IMG/VR virus record: IMGVR_UViG_3300045988_167063
Source: a virus
DNA length: 64,000 nucleotides
Strand: one strand, 5' to 3'
Shown: positions 10,205 through 18,864 of the stretch, piece by piece
Layout: each line of letters starts with the position of its first letter
How positions within the stretch are numbered: position 1 is the first letter of the stretch
Made by a program: the position numbers and the translations under genes
Notes under the pieces: model-generated
The model's input: only the letters and a program-made list of their open reading frames with translations
Database searches by the model: none
What the model was told of the DNA's origin: nothing

Positions 10205-10444
10205 ACTCAATCCTCTACTTGCAATAAACGCATAAATATCATATTCCCAACAGTCAAGTAATACTTGTCTTTGAAAATAATGTAGTGGTATTTTTAAATG
10301 TTCTTCAGTAAAAATATCAAGATTATTAAGATAAAATAATTGCCAATTAGCAATTCTCCTATCATAATCTTTTTTACTCAATTTTTTATTTTCTTTTATT
10401 TTCTTTTCTTTTGCCAAGCTAATAAGTTGTTTTTCGTCAATCAA
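10205..10444 (-). CDS. terL: terminase large subunit, exon 1 of 3
   Basis: Ends ...FIASRGLS. Joined to exon 2 it reads SRGLSKS, comparable with the T4 gp17 Walker A motif SRQLGKT. 240 nt, phase 0. Confidence 0.7.
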
Positions 10445-11381
10445 GATTATATTTGTCTATGTCATCAATAGATAAATTAAAATCTCTATTGCCTGCCAAC
10501 ATATTTCCTAACGGTCTTAAAACCATATCTTTTTCATATTGATGTACTTTATTGAGGTCATAATATCTGCTTGGCTCTGAATATACATCCTCGACATTAT
10601 TTTCGTCTACAAGTCTTATCTTTTCAAACAAAGACTGTTCCGAAGCCGTTTTAGGCTTATTGCTTTCATATTCATCAATACGAAGTTTATTCATATCTCT
10701 TATAATTCGATTTTGAACTTTATCTCTTGTTTCTTCACCACTATATGAACCGTCATCAATTTTTCTCAATAGCAATCTATCTCTACATAAATCACGATAA
10801 AGGTCATCTTGCGGTTCATTTATGATTTCTACATTTTTTGTATATCTCTCATAGGTTCTTTCAAGATATTGATAATCTTCTGAACTTTCTTGTTTTCCCC
10901 AATTAAGTTCAAATTCATCAAGTTCTTTTTGTCTTAATTCTCGTTGTTCTATTCTACTATCAATATCACTTAAATTAACATTTGTTGCTGATAATTCATT
11001 CCAAATATTCTTTTTAGTTTTTGACTTATGTAATTCAGAAATATACAATCCCAAATAATTGTTCATTCGTTTGCCTTCTTTGCGACCTTCTTTCATTCGG
11101 TTTTCGACACCTGCCCAAACCTCAAGAATAAAAGGAATGTCATTTCGCAAACAAGTATAATAAACGGCTGATTTCATACTACAACCATTTTTAATATAAT
11201 AATCAATCATTTTTTGACAACAATCTTTACAATAAGGTGTATGCCCACTTGCAAAAGGTGACCAACTTTCGTAAAAATTAGTCGCACCTCTCATACCACT
11301 ACACCCTAATTCTGTATTATTGCCGAGGCAAAGAAACATATCGGTTTCCTTTTTTATGTTTTTAGAAGCCAACGCTTTCAC
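10437..11381 (-). CDS. terminase small subunit (putative)
   Basis: Its stop overlaps the terL start by 8 nt. Cys-rich N-terminal region followed by a charged helical region. The likelier start is the ATG at 11339 (MFLCLGNN...), which is preceded by AAGGAA. Confidence 0.4.
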   Translation of the reverse strand: MKALASKNIKKETDMFLCLGNNTELGCSGMRGATNFYESWSPFASGHTPYCKDCCQKMIDYYIKNGCSMKSAVYYTCLRNDIPFILEVWAGVENRMKEGRKEGKRMNNYLGLYISELHKSKTKKNIWNELSATNVNLSDIDSRIEQRELRQKELDEFELNWGKQESSEDYQYLERTYERYTKNVEIINEPQDDLYRDLCRDRLLLRKIDDGSYSGEETRDKVQNRIIRDMNKLRIDEYESNKPKTASEQSLFEKIRLVDENNVEDVYSEPSRYYDLNKVHQYEKDMVLRPLGNMLAGNRDFNLSIDDIDKYNLD

Positions 11382-11392
11382 CTCTATGTACT

Positions 11393-11425
11393 AAAAAATA
11401 AAAGAGAGAACTTTTGCTCTCTCTT
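11393..11425 (-). terminator. rho-independent terminator
   Basis: On the minus strand an AAGAGAGAGC/GUUCUCUCUU hairpin is followed by UUUAUUUUUU. It lies in the gap between the phosphoesterase stop and the small-terminase start. Confidence 0.55.
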
Positions 11426-11450
11426 AAATTATATTTTACTAAATCTTAAT

Positions 11451-12647
11451 TTAATTTAATACTATTGTAAAATCTGCCACTTTACCTTTATTTTCCTCAT
11501 AGCAAATAAGACTTGCAGAAGCGTCAGCAGACTTTCTTATTCTCATAGAATAATCATCTATACCTACAACAGAAGCCACGCCAATAGCACCTCTACGCAC
11601 ACCACAGTTGGCATATTCATTATAATGCTTATGCCCTGCAATAATATAGTCAATATTTATGCCATAAATTTCTCTATAATCTTTAATTGCACGACTTAAA
11701 TCTTTAACTTCTCCGTGAATACCGAGAAAATTAAAGCCAGCAATGGTATCATAAATAAATCCTGTTTTATTTTCTTTAAAAGTAAAGTTAGGATTATCTT
11801 TATTTTTAATTTTAATGATATTAGCAATTATTTTATCTGTTGTTTCACAAAGATGTTCATTCTTTTTACCGTCAAGCAATCTTAATTCATCGTGGTTGCC
11901 TGCCGTTTGGTTATAAATAATTTTTGTATATTTTGATAATTCTAAAAGCCATTCGCCTATATAATTACCAAAGTTAATTGCACTATCAACTACACCATAT
12001 CTTAAAGACCAAAGTTGAGAATTTCTTATAAAACCTTCCGTACTATCTCCAAGATTGTTAATGTGTAATTCTTTAATGTCAAACAACTTTATTTTTTCAA
12101 TAGTTTCAGATAAAATTGTTTCCATTCTCTGTTCAAAAATTTCAGGACTATATTCATTGATAATTTCATTCATAAGTCCATAAACTTTAATATCTTTTCC
12201 ATAATGGCAATCTGCAAAATTTAATTGCCAACCTAATTTGCTATGTTCGACAGGAATAGGTTTAATATTAACAGAGTTGCAATTTTCATTGATTGACTCA
12301 ATTACTTTTTCTTCAAAAAGTTCATCTCTTGCATTTTCACGCAACCATCTGTTATATTCAAGTTTTTCTGTTTGTAGTTTCTTTCGTTCTTTTTCAAGTT
12401 CCCTTGTTTGTTCTTTTATGTCATTCAAAAGTTCTTCACTATCAGCAAATTTAGATTGGTTAGCAACCATTATTTTTTGAAAAGATTGATATTTTTTTCT
12501 ATAAGCACTTTCAGAATAGTTATTATCTAATAATTCATTAAGAATTTTTGCTACATCTTGCCAAGTGCCAATAATATCCTTTTCAGAACAGACACGATAA
12601 ATCAATTCATCTTCTGTTTCGTTTTCAAATCTCTTATAGGTCATCAT
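11451..12647 (-). CDS. calcineurin-like metallophosphoesterase with N-terminal coiled-coil region
   Basis: The motifs NNLGDSTEG, TAGNHDE, LGIHGE and IAGHKHY match the GD / GNH(D/E) / GH signature set. Confidence 0.7.
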   Translation of the reverse strand: MMTYKRFENETEDELIYRVCSEKDIIGTWQDVAKILNELLDNNYSESAYRKKYQSFQKIMVANQSKFADSEELLNDIKEQTRELEKERKKLQTEKLEYNRWLRENARDELFEEKVIESINENCNSVNIKPIPVEHSKLGWQLNFADCHYGKDIKVYGLMNEIINEYSPEIFEQRMETILSETIEKIKLFDIKELHINNLGDSTEGFIRNSQLWSLRYGVVDSAINFGNYIGEWLLELSKYTKIIYNQTAGNHDELRLLDGKKNEHLCETTDKIIANIIKIKNKDNPNFTFKENKTGFIYDTIAGFNFLGIHGEVKDLSRAIKDYREIYGINIDYIIAGHKHYNEYANCGVRRGAIGVASVVGIDDYSMRIRKSADASASLICYEENKGKVADFTIVLN

Positions 12648-12648
12648 A

Positions 12649-12834
12649 CTATTCCTTTTCGAGTATTGTCTTTATTTGAACTGTGTTCCCAACCATTGTA
12701 TCTAAAAGGTCAATAATAGGAATTTCCTTAATATTATCCTTTAATTCAACAAATATGCACAATTCATTATTTTCATTTTTATCCAAAACACCAACAATAT
12801 CAGTAATTGAATATGAGTCAAATTTATGTTTCAT
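12649..12834 (-). CDS. hypothetical protein
   Basis: 61 aa, translationally coupled on both sides. Confidence 0.5.
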   Translation of the reverse strand: MKHKFDSYSITDIVGVLDKNENNELCIFVELKDNIKEIPIIDLLDTMVGNTVQIKTILEKE

Positions 12835-13280
12835 TATTGATTAACCACCTTATTAAGTAAATTGATTACACTATCTTCCATAGGCTTTTTAGGAGGCTTA
12901 TGTCTTTCATAATGCGCTCTTTCTCTTTCTTTGGCATTTTTATAAATTTTTCTTGTTTTCATTTTAGGCAAAGTATAATCACATTCATTTACTGCCTTAT
13001 TAAAAGTATCTGACGGTCTAAAGGTTATCTTTTCTTTAGGTTGAACATATCTTATAACTCCGTCAAGATTTATTTTTTTGTCATATCCACCAACTTGCTT
13101 AATTTCAAAAATGCCAAATCTAAAAATACTTATTCGACCATTTAATTTGAGTTCATCTAAAATAACCTCATAAAGTGCTTTAAGATATTTTTTTGCAAGA
13201 TTGGGTGTGGCATTTTGACCTACTTTTTTAGCAATAAGGTTATAAAAGTCATCTGTTCTTAAATCATTCGGTCTACCCAT
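12834..13280 (-). CDS. HU/IHF-family DNA-binding protein
   Basis: DFYNLIAKKVG...AKKYLKALYEVILDELKLNGRISIFRFGIFEIKQ...ITFRPSDTFNKAVN follows the HU fold pattern (helix-helix, then GFGxF, then a beta-arm, then xFKxGxxLK). It has a basic C-terminal tail. Confidence 0.65.
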   Translation of the reverse strand: MGRPNDLRTDDFYNLIAKKVGQNATPNLAKKYLKALYEVILDELKLNGRISIFRFGIFEIKQVGGYDKKINLDGVIRYVQPKEKITFRPSDTFNKAVNECDYTLPKMKTRKIYKNAKERERAHYERHKPPKKPMEDSVINLLNKVVNQ

Positions 13281-13849
13281 TATGCTTTACTCCTCTTCTT
13301 TTCTTTTTCATATCTATTAGAAGAATATTCACGGAGTCTTTCTTTGTATTCTCTTTTAACATTTACTTTAAAAACATCATAATCGGGTTTATCTTCCTCA
13401 ATAATATGTTTTGTACTCTTTTCACCTATTTGTGAAGGACAATTTATTACAGTACCTGCTTTTTTACCCTTTTTATGCTTAAATTCTACTTTTGCAAAAT
13501 ACGGAATAGCAAAACTAATATTTGACCTATTATTTGATTTAATAAGAGTGTCAACAATATGAACGAAAGTTGTAAATACTTCATCAACTTCGTCAATGGA
13601 AAGAGAAGAGTTCCTTGCAATAAGTTTAACCATATCTCCACCATTTATGTACCCAAGAGTTAATTCTCTCGTAACTTGTTCTTCCGTAATTTCATTTCTT
13701 TTAATATGTTGCCTAAGAACATTCATAATATCATTTCTTGCTTTTTCATCGGTATCAATAAGTTGCACTGCTTCATCAGCCGAAATGTTTTCTTTATAAT
13801 AAGTTCTTAAAACTTTTAAAATTCTTGATTTAACAAGTTTATTATTCAC
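13280..13849 (-). CDS. HU-like domain protein with N-terminal extension
   Basis: The C-terminal part (DMVKLIARNSSLSIDEVDEVFTTFVHIVDTLIKSNN...FAKVEFKHKKGKKAG...FKVNVKREYKERL) follows the same HU-like pattern. ATGA start/stop overlap with the next gene. Confidence 0.5.
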   Translation of the reverse strand: MNNKLVKSRILKVLRTYYKENISADEAVQLIDTDEKARNDIMNVLRQHIKRNEITEEQVTRELTLGYINGGDMVKLIARNSSLSIDEVDEVFTTFVHIVDTLIKSNNRSNISFAIPYFAKVEFKHKKGKKAGTVINCPSQIGEKSTKHIIEEDKPDYDVFKVNVKREYKERLREYSSNRYEKEKKRSKA

Positions 13850-14098
13850 TATTTAATTCTCCTTTCTATGAAATTTACCTTTAAGGCGATAGCCCACAAT
13901 TAAGTGGACTATCTTAAAAAATACTTTGAGAATATAATTGCAATCCCATATTTATTAAACGCATTGGCAATAGCGTTGGAATGTAATAAAGGACATCTCC
14001 TCGTTCCCCTTCCATATTACAGACGCATTTCAATATCGAAAATTTGGCTTAACCAAGCCATTTTCAAAGCTTTTTCGCAAATAGTTTTCTGCAATTTT

Positions 14099-15072
14099 TT
14101 AGTCATTTTCGCCAAAAATAAAGCAATTTAAGAATTTTTCTTTGTTTGTTTTATACAAAACATTAAGCATTTTTCTTGTAAATTTAGATGTTGATTTATC
14201 AATAGGTCTACCTGTAATATTACTTTCAAGACCCAAAGCACTTTCAACAAGTCTATTGATTGTCACTAAATTATTTACTTTAACCTTTGAAACATTGTCA
14301 ATTAACTGTTGAAATTTCTCAATATTTTTTTCAACATCATTTCCTTGCTCTTTATTAGTTTTTACAAAAGTATCATATTCATCAACGAGTTTTCGTATTT
14401 TAGACATTTGCCTATGATTAGGTTTTCCCTCAATCTTAACAAAAAACTCATTTGTCGGAATAGTGTTTGTTGTACCACTTGGCTCAATCTCGTCTAAAAT
14501 TTCTTCAAGCCAATTCATAGGACAAATTATATCATAGTTAATTCTATCATAAACTTTTTTCTTATTATTTCTAACAATCTCAAAAGACAACTCTACACCA
14601 TTTTTAGTATACGGAATATCTTTTGTATATTTCATAAATTTAGGATAATCACATTTGACTTTTTTTTCTTTGTCATTATTTGTAATTATTGTTTTAGTTT
14701 TTTGCATACAAGACATATTTTGTATTCTGTCTATTTCATCCATTCCGTTAATTTCATACTCTCTTTTACACCCATCAATTATAATTTGGGCAACAACAGA
14801 TAAAATCACAAAATTATTATACAAATCTTCATCTTGTTCAGTCCAATAATAACTCATAGCAAGTTGAGCTAAATTACTCGACCATCCTATTCCGAGCCTT
14901 GATTTAGCAAATTTATTATCCATTTGAGAATAAGCAAGTTTTGTATTTTCGTATGTAATAGAACTTTCTTTTAGTTGATTTACAATAGTAGGAAATTCAT
15001 CATAACATCTTTTTGCACACTTAACCATAATGGGATTATTGGTTGCAAAAATGAAGTCAGAATCGAAATCTG
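14099..15072 (-). CDS. YonO/RdRP-like two-barrel RNA polymerase, exon 2 of 2
   Basis: The frame stays open upstream of the track's Met and reads (S)DFDSDFIFATNNPIMVKCAKRCY.... The DFDSD matches a DxDxD metal-binding loop. The 5' boundary at 15072 is inferred by analogy with the terL introns (...GAUAACAUAUUG|CA). Confidence 0.55.
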
Positions 15073-15962
15073 CAATATGTTATCGTATAGGTTTTTTATC
15101 CCATACCTCTTATGGTTTCCCATAAGTTCAGACTATCTCTTTACCCTCGTCTTATCCGTTAGGGTATTCGGCACTCTTGCAAAGGATTATTGTTTGTCTA
15201 CTCACCTTGTAGTCGTTAAACCTTACTGCCTACTTTTACGACATTCAGCAGTCTTGGTAATTGATTGGCTTATGTGTGTTAATTTTTGCAATATATCCAT
15301 AGCAAGGCTTATTACATTTTGCCCTTCTTGCTATAAATCCACTAATTGCATTTATGCTTCCTTTAAGGTTCTGTTTAGTTTTAATCCATTCCGAACAATT
15401 CTTTATGCAAGAAAACGATTTTACCAAATTATCATTTTTATATAAGTCGACAGACTTACTTTTACCATTTTTATCTCCGAGTTTACAAACACTATATTTA
15501 CCAATATCGGAACTATATCGAACATTATCTTTGTGTGTAATCCATTCAAGATTATCAACACGATTATTTGTTCTATTATAGTCTTTATGATTTATTTCTA
15601 AATATTTATTTGGATTTGGAATAAATGCTTCTGCTACTAATCTGTGAACAGATACATATCTTTTATTTCCACACATTTGTAAACAAACTACTTTATATCC
15701 ATCTGAATTTGTTTTTGGCTTTTTAATCTTTTCATTCCTTACAATATATCCACATTTTGCTTGTGGATGAGGAACTTTTCTACAAAGAGATTTTACTCTT
15801 CCAAAATTACTAATTTGATAATAGCCTAAAAATCCATCTATATCCTTCCATTGTTCTTTCAAAAAATCACCTCCTTGTTTATTTTTTTACACACACTTAG
15901 CGTTCCAATTTTCACCGAATAGTTTTAGAAAAGTGTTTCCACTTAACCGACCCATTTTATTA
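15073..15962 (-). mobile_element. group-I-like intron carrying an HNH homing endonuclease ORF (about 890 nt)
   Basis: It has the same conserved 3' block and internal GCAAGAGUG / GAACUUAU blocks as the two terL introns. It sits directly before the catalytic DFDSD codons. The 5' boundary is ambiguous (15962, or 9 nt lower). Confidence 0.6.
15245..15862 (-). CDS. HNH homing endonuclease (NUMOD4 + HNH_3 type)
   Basis: The N-terminal WKDIDGFLGYYQISNFGRVKS is NUMOD4-like. EINHKDYNRTNNRVDNLEWITHKDN is an HNH motif. It lies wholly inside the intervening sequence, on the same strand as the host gene. Confidence 0.85.
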   Translation of the reverse strand: MKEQWKDIDGFLGYYQISNFGRVKSLCRKVPHPQAKCGYIVRNEKIKKPKTNSDGYKVVCLQMCGNKRYVSVHRLVAEAFIPNPNKYLEINHKDYNRTNNRVDNLEWITHKDNVRYSSDIGKYSVCKLGDKNGKSKSVDLYKNDNLVKSFSCIKNCSEWIKTKQNLKGSINAISGFIARRAKCNKPCYGYIAKINTHKPINYQDC

Positions 15963-17772
15963 AGCCATTAGTCCTATCTTGTAAATCCGTTCCAATACAA
16001 TTCACAGCCACAATATTCTCACTAAAAGGAAAATATTTTTGCATCTCTTTTGAGTAAGTATTTTTTAAATAACAAATATTATTTGGACTGTTTTGAGGTG
16101 ACCTTATACCACATAAATATTCTCCGTCATTAAATCTTGTAGTATAACATTGAATAGTTCCCTGCTCTTGTTCAAAGCAAGGGTCTTTAGTCCAATCCTC
16201 GCCAACTGCATATAACAGTAAAGCATAGGGGTTTCCACACATTGTCAAATTATCTGCATTGACAGTTATTTTGCCTTTACGCAATTTTTCAACATAAGCA
16301 AAAATAATTTTTCGCTTTTCAGTTCTAAACCACTTACTATTTGCAAAATCTTTATTTTGATTATATAAATCTGCCATCATTTCATAATGATTTATTTCAT
16401 TTGCATTTAATCTTAAAAACTTTTCAAACTCATCGTTATCTTGCTTTAACTTTTCAACATACGCTACACTATATTGAGCAAGTTCTTTAATTTCATCTTT
16501 ACTACAAGGCAATGAATTAACCATTTGATAACTCATTTGTTGAACATTTCCGAGTTTACTTTTATGGTCTGTTTTAACGATACCAAAAATGCTGTTGTCA
16601 GCCTTTATTCTATCACACCAATATTTATAAGGGTTATCCCCCATAAGCTCTGTAAACTTTTTCCATTTAATCGCATTGTCTGTTGTAATAACTTTAATAT
16701 TTTTTGCTAAATGTTTCACGCCAAACATATCTTCAATTTCAAAAGTTTCATAATCAACATTGTTTTCAATACACCAATCTTTTAAAAATTGTTGTAAATT
16801 AGTTCTAAATCCACACATTTTAAAAAAATGATTTCTTAACAACATCATTCCGTTGACATATTTAGGCATTATAGAAGTTTCAACTAACCCCATACCATCC
16901 CATAAAGTATTTTTTAGATTAACATTTTCTTTATGTACGACACATTTTTTAGTTGGTACTCGTATTTTTTTAAATACTCTTTTAGGCTTTTTACCTTGAC
17001 TTAAAGCTTTTTGTCTATTAATTTCAGTTTTTTCTGTATCAATAACTTTTTTCTCAACAAAATACTCTTCAGCTCTAACAATATTTGCCATTGTTTGAAA
17101 ATAACTATCTTGGTCTTTTAAAATTAAAATATCCTCAACAGGAATATGAATGTTCCCTACAATAGTGCTTGTAGTTAAAGGGGCATAAGCAGACATTTCA
17201 ACAATTTTTGCCTTTTTTTTATCCATTTTGTTCCCCAAACCCATAGTAAGCCATTCGTATGCTGTTTTATAATACTTTTCGTTAATAAAGATAGATTGCC
17301 CGACTTTAGCTTTTGAGGGCGTTCTAAAGAGCATTTTATAATGAATTGTTTGTGTCTTTTTTATTGCTCCGTTCTTATCTCTTGTCACATAATCAATAGA
17401 AACACCATTTTGATAATATTCATCTCTTATTTCTTCCATACTCTTTTTTATAAATTTATCTTTATTCTCGTGTACTGTATTTAAAATTTCATTTAATCGT
17501 TCTAATGATTTTTCATCTGCTTTTTCAATAAGCGTTTCTATCTGTTGTACTTTTTCTTCATAAGACTTTGAGCCAAAGTCAAATTCAAGACAAACAATAT
17601 CTCTTGTAGACTCACCTTTGTAAACATTAAGACCTTTATTTATAATATAATTACTAAACAATGAATTATTAAACATTGCGTCAGTATAATCAAGCCTATC
17701 CCTTACTCCGAGATTATATTCATAAAGCGTTCCTGCCTTAATATTTTTAATTTTTATTCCAAACTCGGACAA
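15963..17772 (-). CDS. YonO/RdRP-like two-barrel RNA polymerase, exon 1 of 2
   Basis: Ends ...CGIRSPQNSPNNICYL-(about 40 aa)-IVAVNCIGTDLQDRTNG. This resembles the R-x-P-x-x-H-P-G-D-I strand that precedes the DxDGD loop in RdRP/QDE-1/YonO-type enzymes. 1810 + 974 nt gives 928 codons. Confidence 0.55.
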
Positions 17773-17891
17773 TTTATCACTCCTTATATCGCCTGTGTGC
17801 CTATATAAGCCATTTTTATATTAAAGGAATATAATTTCACTATTATTATATAAAAGTGTCTTATTCAGCCTTACAGAGCATTATAATTATA

Positions 17892-18056
17892 TTATTTATT
17901 AAATTCATCTATTACAAATGCTTTTTCAACACCAAAAGTATTGTCGTAGCATAAATTTTCGTATAGACCATAGAATACTACATTTTCATAATCAGCCGAA
18001 GCTAAATCTTTTCTTTGTAGTTCGTGTTTTCTATTGGCAAATTTATAATATGACAT
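17892..18056 (-). CDS. hypothetical small protein (54 aa)
   Basis: Hand-found ORF MSYYKFANRKHELQRKDLASADYENVVFYGLYENLCYDNTFGVEKAFVIDEFNK. AAAGGAGA lies 19 nt upstream, and a GTG 12 nt further upstream is an alternative start. It lies between the minus-strand promoter and the RNA polymerase gene. Confidence 0.35.
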   Translation of the reverse strand: MSYYKFANRKHELQRKDLASADYENVVFYGLYENLCYDNTFGVEKAFVIDEFNK

Positions 18057-18160
18057 TTCGTTCCACACGATTTCGTTATTCTCCTTTCGTGTTATAGATT
18101 ACTTTTATGCTTTGATATTGAAATTTGTAAGCACAAAAGTAAATTTTCAATCTTTTCTTA

Positions 18161-18189
18161 ATTATACCATATTTCATTGTAAAAGTCAA
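18161..18189 (-). promoter_or_regulatory. sigma-A-type promoter for the minus-strand block
   Basis: On the minus strand: AAAAAAACAC-TTGACT-17 nt-TGgTATAAT. This is the same consensus as the plus-strand promoter family. Confidence 0.6.
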
Positions 18190-18194
18190 GTGTT

Positions 18195-18225
18195 TTTTTA
18201 CTTTACCACTTTTTTACTTTACCAC
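18195..18225. repeat. tandem direct repeat TTTTTACTTTACCAC x2
   Basis: Copies at 18195-18209 and 18211-18225. They sit immediately upstream of the -35 of the minus-strand promoter, where they read GTGGTAAAGTAAAAA on that strand. Confidence 0.8.
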
Positions 18226-18272
18226 TTTATTTTTTATATATTTATATATACTTTATAATATAATATAATACT

Positions 18273-18294
18273 TATATATATATATATATATATA
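18273..18294. repeat. (TA)11 microsatellite
   Basis: An uninterrupted TA dinucleotide run in the core of the 18.1-18.4 kb palindromic region. Confidence 0.95.
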
Positions 18295-18330
18295 TTATAT
18301 TTATATTAAATAATAATAATTAATATAATA

Positions 18331-18413
18331 ATATAGACAAGGAATGATACCAAATCCTGAAAAATAATGCAAATTTCCATTATTTTAATATGTTTTGTCA
18401 ACGATAAAAGGTA
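18331..18413. repeat. about 83-bp element, copy A (related to the 28.0-28.2 kb palindrome arms)
   Basis: ATATAGACAAGG..GATACCAAATCCTGAAAA..AAATTTCCATTAT..TGTTTTGTCAACGATAA aligns with the reverse complement of 28021-28100 and with 28131-28212. A weaker inverted partner lies at about 18095-18180. Confidence 0.6.
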
Positions 18414-18816
18414 CTTATTTTAAAGAGGCACTATAAAAATCAATAATGAAATAATATATAATTTACATCTTTTTAAAGAAATCTTTGGGAAATTATCGGC
18501 TTTTCGTAAGAAAAGCTTTAATCGAAAAAGTTAAGACACGATAGTGGCTTAATTTTTTTGTCAAAAGTTAAGGAGCGTAGCGACTTAACTTGCGACAGCC
18601 TTGTGAAATCTTATGAGGAATATTTATTTTTAATATTTATAAATTAAATTTTATATTATATAATAAAATATATAATAAATATATTAATATATAAATTATA
18701 ATATAATAAGATAATCTAATAAATAATATAAATAAAAACATTTTAAACATATTCTATTAACTTGATATGTAATATGATACAGTTAAATTTCAATCACAAT
18801 TTTTTTAAAAAAGTTC

Positions 18817-18845
18817 TTGACATTTAGATAAAACTATGGTATAAT
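18817..18845 (+). promoter_or_regulatory. sigma-A-type promoter
   Basis: TTGACA (18817-22), 17-nt spacer, TGgTATAAT (-10 at 18840-45), with an A-rich upstream tract. Confidence 0.65.
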
Positions 18846-18864
18846 TAAGAAAATCGACAAAGAG

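Noticed and set aside
13904-15445. Plus-strand ORFs 13904-14131, 14309-14497, 14655-14849 and 14975-15445
   Set aside because: The first lies in the intergenic gap without an RBS. The others are antisense to the polymerase exon or run through the intron. 14975-15445 is explained by the intron and HNH region on the other strand.
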